Shown here: piece after piece, positions 9,066 to 18,850 of the stretch
Layout: each line of letters opens with the position of its first letter
Numbering within the stretch: the stretch's first letter is position 1
Assembly: GCA_030038095.1 (NCBI GenBank)
Contig: JASHPK010000048.1
Location: 13,972 to 77,971, forward strand
Source of the DNA: Thermoplasmata archaeon
GTDB taxonomy: Archaea; Thermoplasmatota; Thermoplasmata; Lutacidiplasmatales; UBA184
Direction: 5' to 3'
DNA length: 64,000 nt
Notes under the pieces: model-generated
Database searches by the model: none
What the model was told of the DNA's origin: nothing
What the model saw: the letters and a program-made list of their open reading frames with translations, nothing else
Program-made: the position numbers and the translations under genes

Positions 9066-9170
9066 AGGAACGAGGGACTCCGGCGCCCCGTGCCCGGGGA
9101 CCCAAGCTCGGCTCAGCGGATCCGCGACCGCTAAAAGCCCAGGGACCGGGGGCGCCCGGGCTGGGGCCAG

Positions 9171-9512
9171 CTAGAGGAGCTCGAGTTCGCCGGTGATCGG
9201 GTCGAGCTCGCTCGCGGCTGCAGGGCCGATTCCGAGGCAGGTACGGGTCCCCGGGGCGACCTCCGTGAACCCTGCGTCCTCGACCCAAACGGTGGCGAGA
9301 CCCTTCGCCCGGGCGCGCCGGTCGAGCTCCTCGAGATCCGTGAGCGTGGGGACGACGAGCGCGATCTTCTTCTGGCCCTCCCTCAGCCACCGCGAGAAGG
9401 TGGGAGAGGGATGGCGTTCCGCGAGCTGGACCAGCAGGACCGCGGCATGGGCCACCTGGACCGCCGCCTTGCCCGGCGTGAGGCGGAGCTCCCCGCGGAC
9501 CACGAGCGCCAT
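9171..9512 (-). CDS. pth2: Peptidyl-tRNA hydrolase, archaeal Pth2 type
   Basis: ORF 9171..9566. Sequence MALVVRGELRLTPGKAAVQVAHAAV...IALVVPTLTDLEEL...VWVEDAGFTEVAPGTRTCLGIGP matches the PTH2 family. The internal ATG 9512 gives the typical 113 aa. Confidence 0.85.
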   Translation of the reverse strand: MALVVRGELRLTPGKAAVQVAHAAVLLVQLAERHPSPTFSRWLREGQKKIALVVPTLTDLEELDRRARAKGLATVWVEDAGFTEVAPGTRTCLGIGPAAASELDPITGELELL

Positions 9513-9555
9513 CTTCGTTTCCCCGGCGCCCCGCGCGCCGCGGCGACGGGACGTG

Positions 9556-10101
9556 TCAGTCGGCAATCTCCGCCTCCCGGCGTCGCCCGATCTCGTCGGC
9601 GCGCGCCCGAACGTCCGAGAGCCGGGAACGAAGCCGGGCCTCCTCGGCGGGATCGAGGCCCTTCCGATTCAAGGCGCGCACGAGGTGGCGCTCCTCGCGC
9701 CCGAGACGGTCGAGCTCGCGCGTCACGGCCCAGACCTCGGCCTCGTCCGGCTCGACCGCCGGCGGCCCGCGAGCGGCCGGCGGGCTCCGCGCGTAGGCTC
9801 CTCGGAGGAGTCCGACGACGACCGCCACGACGGCGATCGCCGTGAGGGCGACCTCCAGCGTCGGGGCGCTCCAGTACGACTGGAAGCCGGCCGGCGTGCC
9901 CACGAGGAGCAGATAGCCGACCAGGATCGTGAGCACGAGGCTGAGGACGAAGCCGAGCGAGACGATCTCGAGGAGTCGAAGGTAGCGCTCCGGACCCCGG
10001 ATCCTCCACTCGGGGAACAGGGCTTTCGTGACCGCGTAGCCCGGAACGAAGAAGATGAGCAGGAATCCGGCGACGTCCTCGAGCGCGTTCAGCGGCGCCA
10101 T
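9556..10101 (-). CDS. Membrane protein (DUF1616-like N-terminus) with C-terminal coiled coil
   Basis: ORF 9556..10101. Three predicted TM helices (FLLIFFVPGYAV..., IVSLGFVLSLVLTILVGYLLLV, LTAIAVVAVVVGLL) followed by an Arg/Glu-rich helix. Confidence 0.6.
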   Translation of the reverse strand: MAPLNALEDVAGFLLIFFVPGYAVTKALFPEWRIRGPERYLRLLEIVSLGFVLSLVLTILVGYLLLVGTPAGFQSYWSAPTLEVALTAIAVVAVVVGLLRGAYARSPPAARGPPAVEPDEAEVWAVTRELDRLGREERHLVRALNRKGLDPAEEARLRSRLSDVRARADEIGRRREAEIAD

Positions 10102-10119
10102 CGCTAGTCGGAGGCGGCC

Positions 10120-11460
10120 TCACTCCGCGGGGGCCTCGCCCGCTCCGAGTTGCTTTTCGAGCTGCCGCCGGAGCCGGCGGTTCGAGACGAGCCCGTGCGC
10201 GGCCTTTCGGGTCGTCTCGTAGTGCTTCAGAAGCGCCCGGACCTCCTGGGGCCGCTGGCCCGAGCCCCGCGCGATCCGGTGGATGCGCTCGGCCTTGAGC
10301 AGCTGCGGGTCGTCAAGCTCCTCGCCGGTCATCGAGTCGAGGATCGTCCGGAAGCGCCGGAGCCGGCGCTGCGTCTCGTCCACCTTGTCCTCGTCGAGGC
10401 GGGCCGCGCCGAGGGTCGGCATCATTGACATCAGCTTCGAGAACGGGCCCATCTCCCCGAGGGACTGGAGCTGGGTACGCATGTCGCGGAGGGTGAACCT
10501 GCCGCCGAGGAGATTCTTCGCCGCCTTCTCGGCCGCCTCCTTGTCGGAGAGCTCCTCGAACTGCTCGAGCAGCGTCTGGATGTCCCCCATCCCGAGCAGG
10601 CGGGAGACGAAGCGGGTCGGCTCGAACCGCTCGAGCTCGTCGAGGTGCTCCCCCGTCCCGATGAAGAGGATCGGCGCCCCGCTCACGGCGACCGCGGAGA
10701 GCGCGCCGCCGCCCTTCGCCGAGCCGTCGAGCTTGGTCAGGATGACGCCCGTCAGCCCGACCGCCTTGTGGAACGCCTCGGCGCTGCGTCCCGCCGCCTG
10801 ACCCATTGCGGCATCGAGCACGAGCAGGGTCTCGTCCGGCTCGAGGACCGAGCGCACGCGCTTGAGCTCCTCGATAAGCCCCGCGTCGACCCCGCTACGG
10901 CCCGCGGTATCGACGATCACGGCGAGATGGGGAGGGAACCTCCCAAGCGCTTCGCGCACGATCACCTCGGCGCGGGTCTCCGAACGGTTCGCGTAGAACT
11001 CACATCCGACCTTCTTTGAGAGCTGCTCGAGCTGGTCGATCGCGGCCGGCCGGTGGATGTCGGCGGCGACCAGTCCGACCCGGACCCCCTTTTTCTGGAA
11101 GTAGCGGGCGAGCTTCCCGGCGGTCGTCGTCTTGCCCTGACCGAAGAGGCCCGCGAGGAGGATCCGCTTCGGCTTGAGCTCGAACGGGCGGTCCTTCCCG
11201 AGGATCCCCCGGATCTCCTCGTAGATGATGCGGACGAGGAAGTCCCGGAGGCTCGCTCCGGCGGGGGGCTTCTCCTCGGTCGCGCGACGTCGGACCCGCT
11301 GGGTCAGCTCGAGCGTCAGCTGGACGTTGACGTCGGCCTGCAGGAGGGCCCGCTGGATGTCGCGCACCACCTCGGCGAGGAGCGCTTCGTCGACGACGGA
11401 GCCGCGGGCGATCTTCTGGAGGACCCCCCGAAGCGACTTGCCGAGCGAGTCGAGTACCAT
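10120..11460 (-). CDS. srp54: Signal recognition particle protein SRP54
   Basis: ORF 10120..11460. N domain, G domain (GLFGQGKTTTAGKLA, DTAGR, TKLDG) and a Met-rich M domain. Confidence 0.95.
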   Translation of the reverse strand: MVLDSLGKSLRGVLQKIARGSVVDEALLAEVVRDIQRALLQADVNVQLTLELTQRVRRRATEEKPPAGASLRDFLVRIIYEEIRGILGKDRPFELKPKRILLAGLFGQGKTTTAGKLARYFQKKGVRVGLVAADIHRPAAIDQLEQLSKKVGCEFYANRSETRAEVIVREALGRFPPHLAVIVDTAGRSGVDAGLIEELKRVRSVLEPDETLLVLDAAMGQAAGRSAEAFHKAVGLTGVILTKLDGSAKGGGALSAVAVSGAPILFIGTGEHLDELERFEPTRFVSRLLGMGDIQTLLEQFEELSDKEAAEKAAKNLLGGRFTLRDMRTQLQSLGEMGPFSKLMSMMPTLGAARLDEDKVDETQRRLRRFRTILDSMTGEELDDPQLLKAERIHRIARGSGQRPQEVRALLKHYETTRKAAHGLVSNRRLRRQLEKQLGAGEAPAE

Positions 11461-11599
11461 CGCATCCTCCGGCCGCCTGCGCGGCCGAGTCCGGGCAGGA
11501 TTGAGCCTCTATAAGTCGGGGAGGCCCGACGGGGGAGCGGTGTCGCGACGTCGGCGACGGCGCCGCCGCGCGCAAGCGTCTTAAGAGCCCCCGAGGTCG

Positions 11600-13075
11600 A
11601 TGAGTCGGGAGTCTATGGCTAGCGAAGCGAAGCCCGCTCCGAAGCCCCCTCCTCCGAAGCTGAACCCGGTCCGCGTGCCGATCGCGGAGGAGCCGGTGGC
11701 GGAGCGGACGACCGACTTCCGCGAGGTCCTGCACGCGTATTCGCGCGAGGATGCGGTGCTCGAGGCGAAGCGGTGCATCCAGTGCCGGAGACCCTGGTGC
11801 GTGGAGGCGTGTCCGATCACGCAGGACTGCCGGGAGTACATCCGGCTCATTGCCGACCAGGATTTCGATGGCGCGGCCCGCGTGACCCTCCGCGAGAACC
11901 CGCTTGCCACGTGCCTCTGCAAAGTCTGCTACCACTACTGCGAGGACTCCTGTGTCGTCAAGAAGAAGGGGGTCCCGATCGCGATCCGTCACCTGAAGCG
12001 GGCCGCCCTCGACTACGGCAACTCCGATCTCGCCTACGTCCCTTCGAAGCCGAAGAACCAGCGCGTCGCGGTGATCGGCGGGGGCCCCGCCGGCATGATG
12101 GCGGCATGGGAGCTCGGCGTGCGGGGGTACTCCGTCACCGTCTTCGAGCAGGAGGAACGGCTCGGCGGGTTGATGCAGACGATCCCGGCGTACCGGATGA
12201 CCGATGCGGACGTCGAGACCGACCGCGTGCGCTTCCGGGACCTCGACGTGACGTTCGTGAAGGGCACGAAGGTCGGCCACGACTTCCCCGTCGATCGGCT
12301 GCTGAAGGAGGACGGCTACCAGGCCGTGTTCGTCTCGATCGGCACCCCGATGCACCGGACGCTCAACGTGCCCGGAGAGTCCCTCGAGGGGGTGCTCCCG
12401 GCCCTCGACTTCCTGAAGCGGGTCAACCGCGGCGAACCGGTCTCGGTCGGCCGCGAGATCGTGGTCATCGGCGGCGGCGACGTCGCGATGGACTCGGTGC
12501 GCACGGCGCTCCGGACGTCGAACGGGGGCCGGGTCACCCTCGTCTACCGGAGGGGCCGGGAGGAGATGCCGGCCGACCGCGAGGAGATCCACGGGGCGGA
12601 AAGCGAGGGGATCCGCTTCGTCTTCCTCAAGGCCCCCGTCCGGGTGGCCGGCGGACCGCACGTCGAGGGCCTCGTGGTGCAGTCGATGGAGCTCGGCCCC
12701 CCGGATTCCGGCGGACGCCGCAGCCCGGTCCCGGTCCCCGGCTCGGAGGAGACGATCCCCTGCGACACCGTCATCGTGGCGGTCGGACAGAAGGCGGACC
12801 TCGAGGGGTTCGGACCCGAGCTCGACCTGAAGCTCACGAGCCAGGGCTGGCCCGAGGGAAAGGGGAAGGGATTCGAGACCGGGGTCCCGGGAATCTTCGC
12901 CGCCGGGGGCCGTTCCGTCGTTTACGCGATGGGCACCGCCACCGAGGCCGCCGACGCGATCGACGCGTACCTTTCGGCGAAGCGCGGCGAGAAGACCGTC
13001 CCGAGGCCGGATCCGCTCGGCGGCCCGGGGGCGTTCGCGTTGCCGCCGGGGTACACCGAGCCGATCCGCGTGTGA
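11600..13075 (+). CDS. NAD(P)H-dependent FAD/Fe-S oxidoreductase of the GltD/NfnB/SudA family
   Basis: ORF 11600..13075. N-terminal Cys clusters (CIQCRRPWCVEACP, CLCKVCYHYCEDSC) and a dinucleotide fold VAVIGGGPAGMMAA. ATG 11615 is an alternative start. Confidence 0.85.
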   Translation: MSRESMASEAKPAPKPPPPKLNPVRVPIAEEPVAERTTDFREVLHAYSREDAVLEAKRCIQCRRPWCVEACPITQDCREYIRLIADQDFDGAARVTLRENPLATCLCKVCYHYCEDSCVVKKKGVPIAIRHLKRAALDYGNSDLAYVPSKPKNQRVAVIGGGPAGMMAAWELGVRGYSVTVFEQEERLGGLMQTIPAYRMTDADVETDRVRFRDLDVTFVKGTKVGHDFPVDRLLKEDGYQAVFVSIGTPMHRTLNVPGESLEGVLPALDFLKRVNRGEPVSVGREIVVIGGGDVAMDSVRTALRTSNGGRVTLVYRRGREEMPADREEIHGAESEGIRFVFLKAPVRVAGGPHVEGLVVQSMELGPPDSGGRRSPVPVPGSEETIPCDTVIVAVGQKADLEGFGPELDLKLTSQGWPEGKGKGFETGVPGIFAAGGRSVVYAMGTATEAADAIDAYLSAKRGEKTVPRPDPLGGPGAFALPPGYTEPIRV

Positions 13076-13143
13076 CGCCCCCACCCGGTTCGGGAGAGCG
13101 GGCCCGAAGCTATTTCCGCGGTGGACGCACCTCAGAGTGAATC

Positions 13144-15528
13144 ATGATGCGCCGGGCGGGCCGGACGGGAGCGCTGGCCCTGCTGGCCTCGGCGATCGTC
13201 GTGCTCTCGATTCTCGTTCCGGGCGCCTTCGCCCGGTCGGAGACCCTCGCTCCCTCCGCCCCTCCCTCTTCGACGGGCACCGCCCCGGCGATCGACCTCT
13301 CCGCGGTCTACGACTCGCCGTTCTCGGAGCGGGCGGGGTTCGCCGCCTGGGAGCCCGCGGCGATTCCCGGGGCCCCATCCGCGACCGGCCAGGAGCTCAT
13401 CGTCGTCACGTTCGAGCCCAGCGACCCGACCCTGTTCTCCGCGCCGGACTTCGGAGGCATACCGATGACGATCCCCGAGATCGCGGACGAGTTCGGTCTC
13501 TCCACGGCCCAGTACGACGCGGCGGCGGAGTACTTCGAGTCGGAAGGGCTCTCGGTCGCCCATGCGTGGCCCGACCGGCTCTCGCTCTCCCTCGAGGGCC
13601 CGGTCGCCGCCGTGGACCGCGCGTTCGGAACGTCCGAGCGAAGTGGGATCTACGACGGTCGGCCCGTTACGTTTCCGGCTACCGCCCCCTCCCTGCCGGC
13701 ATCGATCGAGACCCGCGTGGCGAGCGTCCTCGGCCTTTCGACCGGGTTCGACACGTTCACGCTCCCGGTCACCCCCGCCATCGACGCCCCCACGACCCTC
13801 ACCACCGGCTCCGCGCAGCCCGCCGCGAACTCGCCGATCACCCCCGCGATCCTGCGGCAGGGGTACGACATCTCCCCCCTCTACAATCTCACGAGCTCGC
13901 CGACGTACGCGAGCTCCGAGGGGATCGCCGTCCTCCTCTGGGGGGACGGATACGCCCCGAGCGACCTCTCCTCCTTCTACAGCCAGTACTACCCGTCTGG
14001 ATTCCCCCAGCCTCACATCAACGCGTACCCCGTCGACGGGGCCCCGGCCCCCTCGGAGAACGCGCTCAACGACCCGGACAAGTCCGCGCCCCAGGAGCTC
14101 ACGCTCGATCTCGAGTGGTCGGGCTCGTTCGCCCCGGGGGCGACGATCGACGCGGTCTACGCGCCCGAAGGCCCCCCGCCGGACTACTCCCCGAGCAGCT
14201 CGAGCATGGCGGACGCCCTCCACGAGGCGATCACGCTCCCGGGCGTCTCGGTGCTCTCCATGTCGTTCGGGACGCCCGAGTCCGGGGACTCGGGCCTCGC
14301 CGCCGCCTGGTCGACCGACCTTGCCGAGGCGGCCAAGGAAGGGATCACGATGCTCGCGGCGACCGGCGACCTCGGGGGGACGGCCGACTCCGACTGCAGC
14401 GGCGGGGCGAGCGTGGACTACCCGTCGACCAATCCGGACGTTCTCGCGGTCGGCGGGACGGTCGTCTCCGTGCAGCAGAACCTCCTCGGCCAGCCGACCG
14501 GGATCTCCGAATCGGCGTGGGTCGGGAGCGGCGGAGGGTACTCCAGTCAGTACTCAGCGCCGGCCTGGCAGCCGTACTCCGTCACGGGGAGCAGCGCCCG
14601 CGCCGTTCCGGACGTGAGCGCTTCCGCGTCGGGGAACTTCCTCTACTACGCTGGCCAGGAACAGGAGGCCGATGGCACGAGCTTTGCGACCCCGCTCTGG
14701 GCCGGTCTCATCGCGGAAATGGACGCCCTCCACGGCTCCTCCTTCGGGCTCGTCTCCCCCCGCCTCTACGCGATCGGCGAGAACGAGCAGACGGGAGGGC
14801 CCGACGCCGGGTTCAACGATATCACGGCCGGCGGGAACTGCGTCGCCAACGCGGGTCCGGGATGGGACGCCGCGACCGGCTGGGGCACCCCGAAAGGGCT
14901 CGTCCTCTACGAGGCGCTCACCGCGACGTTCGTCAACCTCTCGATCTCCGTCGACCCGGCGGCGGTGGCCCCGGCCGGCTCCGTGACCGTCGCCGCCCAC
15001 CTCGCGAACGCGACGACGGGAGCGCCGATCCCGGGCGTGCCGGTGCAGATTTCGCTGGCCTCGGACGAGGACTTCGGGCCCTGCACGGGGTCGTTCGGCA
15101 GCGCGGACCCGCTCACGAACGCCTCGGGGGACGTCGCGGTGTCGATGAGCGTGCCGGCCTGCTACCTCGGATCTCGGGCGGACGCATCGGTCACCGTGAT
15201 CTCGAACGGGTACTACGGGGAGAATTCGACGACCGTCCCCGTGAACCTCCTCGCGCTCGTCCCCGCGCTCGAGGTGCTCACGGTGTATCCGTACAACGTC
15301 TTCGGCTTCGTGGTGATCATGGCGATCGCGTCGACGATCGGCGGCGTCCTCGGGGCGCGGCGTCCGTCGTCCCGGTCGGGTCCGCCCCCAGTTCCCTCCG
15401 GGGAGGGGCCGATGACAGCCCCGCCCCCGGCCCCCACGCCGGCCGAAACGCCGGGCGACTCCCCGCCGGTCGCTCCGCCCGCTCCCGAGGTCGTCGGCTC
15501 TGAGCCCCCGCCGCCCGGGACCGGCTGA
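13144..15528 (+). CDS. S53 (sedolisin/kumamolisin-like) serine peptidase with pro-domain, Ig-like domain, C-terminal TM anchor and Pro-rich tail
   Basis: ORF 13144..15528. Signal peptide; QELTLDLEWSGSFAPGA (Glu/Asp of the S53 triad); DGTSFATPLWAG (Ser). TM helix FGFVVIMAIASTIGGVLG is followed by ARRPSS. Confidence 0.85.
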   Translation: MMRRAGRTGALALLASAIVVLSILVPGAFARSETLAPSAPPSSTGTAPAIDLSAVYDSPFSERAGFAAWEPAAIPGAPSATGQELIVVTFEPSDPTLFSAPDFGGIPMTIPEIADEFGLSTAQYDAAAEYFESEGLSVAHAWPDRLSLSLEGPVAAVDRAFGTSERSGIYDGRPVTFPATAPSLPASIETRVASVLGLSTGFDTFTLPVTPAIDAPTTLTTGSAQPAANSPITPAILRQGYDISPLYNLTSSPTYASSEGIAVLLWGDGYAPSDLSSFYSQYYPSGFPQPHINAYPVDGAPAPSENALNDPDKSAPQELTLDLEWSGSFAPGATIDAVYAPEGPPPDYSPSSSSMADALHEAITLPGVSVLSMSFGTPESGDSGLAAAWSTDLAEAAKEGITMLAATGDLGGTADSDCSGGASVDYPSTNPDVLAVGGTVVSVQQNLLGQPTGISESAWVGSGGGYSSQYSAPAWQPYSVTGSSARAVPDVSASASGNFLYYAGQEQEADGTSFATPLWAGLIAEMDALHGSSFGLVSPRLYAIGENEQTGGPDAGFNDITAGGNCVANAGPGWDAATGWGTPKGLVLYEALTATFVNLSISVDPAAVAPAGSVTVAAHLANATTGAPIPGVPVQISLASDEDFGPCTGSFGSADPLTNASGDVAVSMSVPACYLGSRADASVTVISNGYYGENSTTVPVNLLALVPALEVLTVYPYNVFGFVVIMAIASTIGGVLGARRPSSRSGPPPVPSGEGPMTAPPPAPTPAETPGDSPPVAPPAPEVVGSEPPPPGTG

Positions 15529-15567
15529 ACCCTCGAGGGGGTCCCCGCGGCGACGCCTTCCCAAAAG

Positions 15568-15575
15568 CCTTAATC
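15568..15575 (+). promoter_or_regulatory. TATA-like box CCTTAATC upstream of pheS
   Basis: Centre lies 26 nt upstream of GTG 15598, implying a leaderless transcript. The same octamer occurs upstream of the GT4 gene (52765). Confidence 0.45.
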
Positions 15576-15597
15576 CGGACCTCCTCTCCGAGCCCTC

Positions 15598-17127
15598 GTG
15601 CCCGGTGCATCGACCGATGCGCCGGACGGGGCGGTCCCGATCTCGCTGTCGGGGCCGGAGCGTTCGGTGCTGGCCGCCCTCAGAGCCTCCGACGAGCTCC
15701 CGATCGAGGAGGGCCGTCTCGCGGAGGAGCTCGGTCTCGCCCCGGACGCGGTGCGGGGCTCCCTGCAACGCCTCCGATCGAAGCATCTCGTCGCCGTCGA
15801 GGAGGAACATTGGAGCGATCGCCGTCTCACCCCCCGCGGGGAGGCGGCGCTCGCGAACGGTCTTCCCGAACGGCGGCTGCTCGACGCGCTCCGCCGGCCG
15901 GGCGGGACCCTCGCGACCGACCTCGGCGCCGTGGAGGGGCTCTCCGACGAGGAACGCTCCGCGGCGATCGGAATCCTGCGGCGACGCCATTACCTCGAGG
16001 ATGGACTCCCGTTCCGGCTCCGGGAAGGGGCCCCCGGACCGGACGAATCCCTGCCGGAGGAGCTCGTCCTGAAGCAGGTGGCGAACGGGGAGGAGGAGAT
16101 CGACGAACCGATCTACACCGTGCTCGAGCGCCGGGGCCTCGTGCGGACCGAGCACCGGTCGCGGAAGCGCTGGACCCCGACCGACGAGGGCCGACGCATG
16201 GCGATCGCCGCCGCGGACGAGTCGCTCTTGGGCTCGCTGACTCCGGAACTGTTGCGCACCGGGGGCTGGAAGTCCCGGTCCTTCCGGCCGTACGACGTGC
16301 GGGCTCCGGTGCCCTTCATCACGGGGGCGCGCCCGAACGCCTACGCCGCGTGGCTCGAGGAGGTCGAGGAGATCCTCCTGGGTCTCGGGTTCGAGCAGGT
16401 CGAGGGCCCGCTGCTCGAGACGGAGTTCTGGAACAATGACGTGCTGTTCATGCCGCAGGACCATCCGGCGCGCTCGGTCCATGACGCGCTGTCCGTCGAG
16501 GGGCTCTCCGGTCACCCGCCCCCGGAGGGGCTCCTCGCGCGGGTGGCCGCGGTCCACGAGGGCCGGTCTCTCCCCGGGGAGGACCGCCCGATCGGTCCCG
16601 GCTGGGGCGTTCCCTACGACCCCGCGATCGCCGCCCGTCCGGTCTTGAGGTCGCAGACCACCGCGGTCTCCGCGCGGTTCCTCGCCGGACGTCCCACACC
16701 CCCGTTCCGGGTCTTCTCCGTGGACCGGAACTTCCGACGCGAGGAGGTCGATGCCCGCCACCACATCGAGTTCACCCAGTGCGAGGGGATCATCGGGGAG
16801 GAAGGGATCGATCTCCGCCACCTGGTCGGGATCTTCCGCTCGTTCGCCGAGGCGATCGGGATCCGCGAGCTCAAGATTCGGCCGAGCTACTTCCCGTTCA
16901 CCGAGCCGTCGATCGAGGGGTACGTCCGCCACCCGCGGTTCGGCTGGATGGAGGTCCTGCCGGGCGGGGTCTTCCGGCCCGAGGTGCTTCGGCCGCTCGG
17001 GATCGACGTGCCCGTGATCGCCTGGGGGATCGGGATCGGGCGGCTCGCCCTCGTCGCGCTCGGAAAGAACGACCTGCGCGAGCTGTTCGCCGACGACCTG
17101 GCCGTGCTCGAGAGCGGGGGGGAGTAG
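15598..17127 (+). CDS. pheS: Phenylalanine--tRNA ligase alpha subunit (archaeal type)
   Basis: ORF 15598..17127. N-terminal wHTH repeats and a class II core (FRVFSVDRNFRREEVDARHHIEFTQCEG, GWMEVLPGGVFRPEV, WGIGIGRL). Confidence 0.93.
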   Translation: MPGASTDAPDGAVPISLSGPERSVLAALRASDELPIEEGRLAEELGLAPDAVRGSLQRLRSKHLVAVEEEHWSDRRLTPRGEAALANGLPERRLLDALRRPGGTLATDLGAVEGLSDEERSAAIGILRRRHYLEDGLPFRLREGAPGPDESLPEELVLKQVANGEEEIDEPIYTVLERRGLVRTEHRSRKRWTPTDEGRRMAIAAADESLLGSLTPELLRTGGWKSRSFRPYDVRAPVPFITGARPNAYAAWLEEVEEILLGLGFEQVEGPLLETEFWNNDVLFMPQDHPARSVHDALSVEGLSGHPPPEGLLARVAAVHEGRSLPGEDRPIGPGWGVPYDPAIAARPVLRSQTTAVSARFLAGRPTPPFRVFSVDRNFRREEVDARHHIEFTQCEGIIGEEGIDLRHLVGIFRSFAEAIGIRELKIRPSYFPFTEPSIEGYVRHPRFGWMEVLPGGVFRPEVLRPLGIDVPVIAWGIGIGRLALVALGKNDLRELFADDLAVLESGGE

Positions 17128-17129
17128 CC

Positions 17130-18827
17130 ACGCCGCAGGCGACGCTCGATCGCGAGCGGGTCCTCTCCCTGCTTCCGGAACGGATCTCGGAGAACACGCT
17201 CGTCGATCTCCTCTTCCTCTCGAAGGCCGAGCTCGAGGCTCACACTGCTACGACCCTGACGGTCTCCGTGACCCCCGACCGGCTCGACCTCCTCTCCGAG
17301 GGAGGCCTCGGGATCGCCCTCGCGGGGGCGCTCGACCTGGCGCAGGGCCTCCCCCGGATCCCCGAGGGAGCGCCCGATCGGTCGCGCGGGGCCCGCCTGT
17401 TGGTCGACGCCTCCACCGCCCCGCTCCGCCCGGTGATCGCGGGCGTGATCGTGGAATCGCCCGAAGCGGCCGGCCTCGACGAGGGCCTCCTGACGGAGGC
17501 GGTCCGGTTCCAGGAGCTCCTGCACGCGACGGTGGGACGGGACCGAAGGGCCGCGAGCCTCGGGATCTACCCGCTCGATCGATTCTCCTTCCCCGTCCGG
17601 TACGCCCTCGAGCCGGTGGACGGCGTCGAGTTCGTGCCGCTCGACGGGGCCGAGCGGATCCGGGGCCCGGAGTTCTTCGCCGGTCACCCGCTCGCGAAAC
17701 GGTACGGGGGCTACGGCCGATGGGGGGAGGATTGCCTCACGCTCCGCGACGCGGACGGTGCGGTCCTGAGCCTGCCACCGATCCTGAACAGTCGCGGCTC
17801 GGGAGAGGCCCGGGTGGGGGATCGAACCCTCCTCCTCGAGTCGACGGGGATCCGGGCGCGAAGCGTCTCCGAATGCCTGGGCCTCCTCTTGCTCCCGTTC
17901 ATCGCCCGGGGCTGGTCGGCCGTTCCAGTCGAGGTCGAGGGGCCGGGCACGCACCGCGACGACGGCCGGGCCTGCGTCCGGCCCCGGACCCTCGATCTCC
18001 CGTCCGCCACGATCCCCGAGATCCTCGGAACCCCGCTCGCGGCGGCCGAGGTCGAGCGTCGCTTCGGCCGGGCGCGCCTCGGGGTCCGGCCGGTCCCGCA
18101 CGGCTGGCGGGTGGAGGTGCCGGTCTGGCGCCCCGATCTCCTCGCCCCCGTCGACCTCGTCGAGGACCTCGCCATCGCCGCACCGCTGCGGCCGGAGGAC
18201 GGGATCGTCCCCGCCAGCCGGACCCGGGGGCGCTACCGTCCCGAGACCCTGTTCCGGCGCCGGGTGGCGACGGCGCTGCTCGGTCTCGGCCTCGCGGCTC
18301 CGTACACCTCCCTCCTCGTCTCCGAGACGGCCGCGCGCCGACTCCCCGGCGCCGAGCCGGTCGGCATCTCGAACCCGGTTTCGGCCGAGTACTCGTACCT
18401 GCGGGATCGCCTCCTCCTCTCGCACCTCGAGGTCCTCGCCCACAACACCCGGCACCCGTACCCCCAGCGGTTCGGGGAGGTCGGACCGGTGCTCGTCCGA
18501 TCGGCGCCGGCGGAATCGGGAGCCGAGACCCGGTACCATGCCGGCGTGGTGGTCGCGAGCGACCGCACCGGGTTCGCGGAGGTCGCCGGGGTCGCGGAGT
18601 ACCTGTTCCGCGGGGTCGACGTGGCCCCGGTCCGGGAGTCCGCGGAGCTACCCGGGGCCATCCCGGGGAGGGCGGCGCGGGCGCGTCTCGCCGGAGAGCT
18701 GGTCGCCGAGATCGGCGAAATTCATCCTGAGGTCTTGGGCGGGCTCGGGGTGCCCGTACCCGTGGCCTGGGCCGAACTCGACCTCACGGGGCTCTGGCGC
18801 CTGCTCGGGCGTCGCGAAGGGGATTAA
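17130..18827 (+). CDS. pheT: Phenylalanine--tRNA ligase beta subunit (archaeal type); start codon non-canonical or uncertain
   Basis: Frame of ORF 16779..18827. The homologous N-terminus ([35 protein letters not shown]) begins directly after the pheS stop, where the codon is ACG 17130. The first in-frame canonical start downstream is GTG 17268. Confidence 0.8.
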   Translation, partial: TPQATLDRERVLSLLPERISENTLVDLLFLSKAELEAHTATTLTVSVTPDRLDLLSEGGLGIALAGALDLAQGLPRIPEGAPDRSRGARLLVDASTAPLRPVIAGVIVESPEAAGLDEGLLTEAVRFQELLHATVGRDRRAASLGIYPLDRFSFPVRYALEPVDGVEFVPLDGAERIRGPEFFAGHPLAKRYGGYGRWGEDCLTLRDADGAVLSLPPILNSRGSGEARVGDRTLLLESTGIRARSVSECLGLLLLPFIARGWSAVPVEVEGPGTHRDDGRACVRPRTLDLPSATIPEILGTPLAAAEVERRFGRARLGVRPVPHGWRVEVPVWRPDLLAPVDLVEDLAIAAPLRPEDGIVPASRTRGRYRPETLFRRRVATALLGLGLAAPYTSLLVSETAARRLPGAEPVGISNPVSAEYSYLRDRLLLSHLEVLAHNTRHPYPQRFGEVGPVLVRSAPAESGAETRYHAGVVVASDRTGFAEVAGVAEYLFRGVDVAPVRESAELPGAIPGRAARARLAGELVAEIGEIHPEVLGGLGVPVPVAWAELDLTGLWRLLGRREGD

Positions 18828-18850
18828 TAGCGTCACCCGGTCCTCGGCCG

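Noticed and set aside
13137-15503. 788-aa ORF in an alternative plus frame to the S53 peptidase, and the minus-strand ORFs 13132..14223 and 14554..16932
   Set aside because: Only the 13144..15528 frame yields a signal peptide, S53 catalytic motifs and a TM anchor. The others are low-complexity Arg/Gly/Pro sequences.
17268-18827. GTG 17268 as the pheT start (first canonical in-frame start codon)
   Set aside because: It would remove ~46 residues that look like the conserved PheT N-terminus and would leave a 140-nt gap after pheS. I prefer a non-canonical or erroneous start at 17130 and flagged this as a finding.
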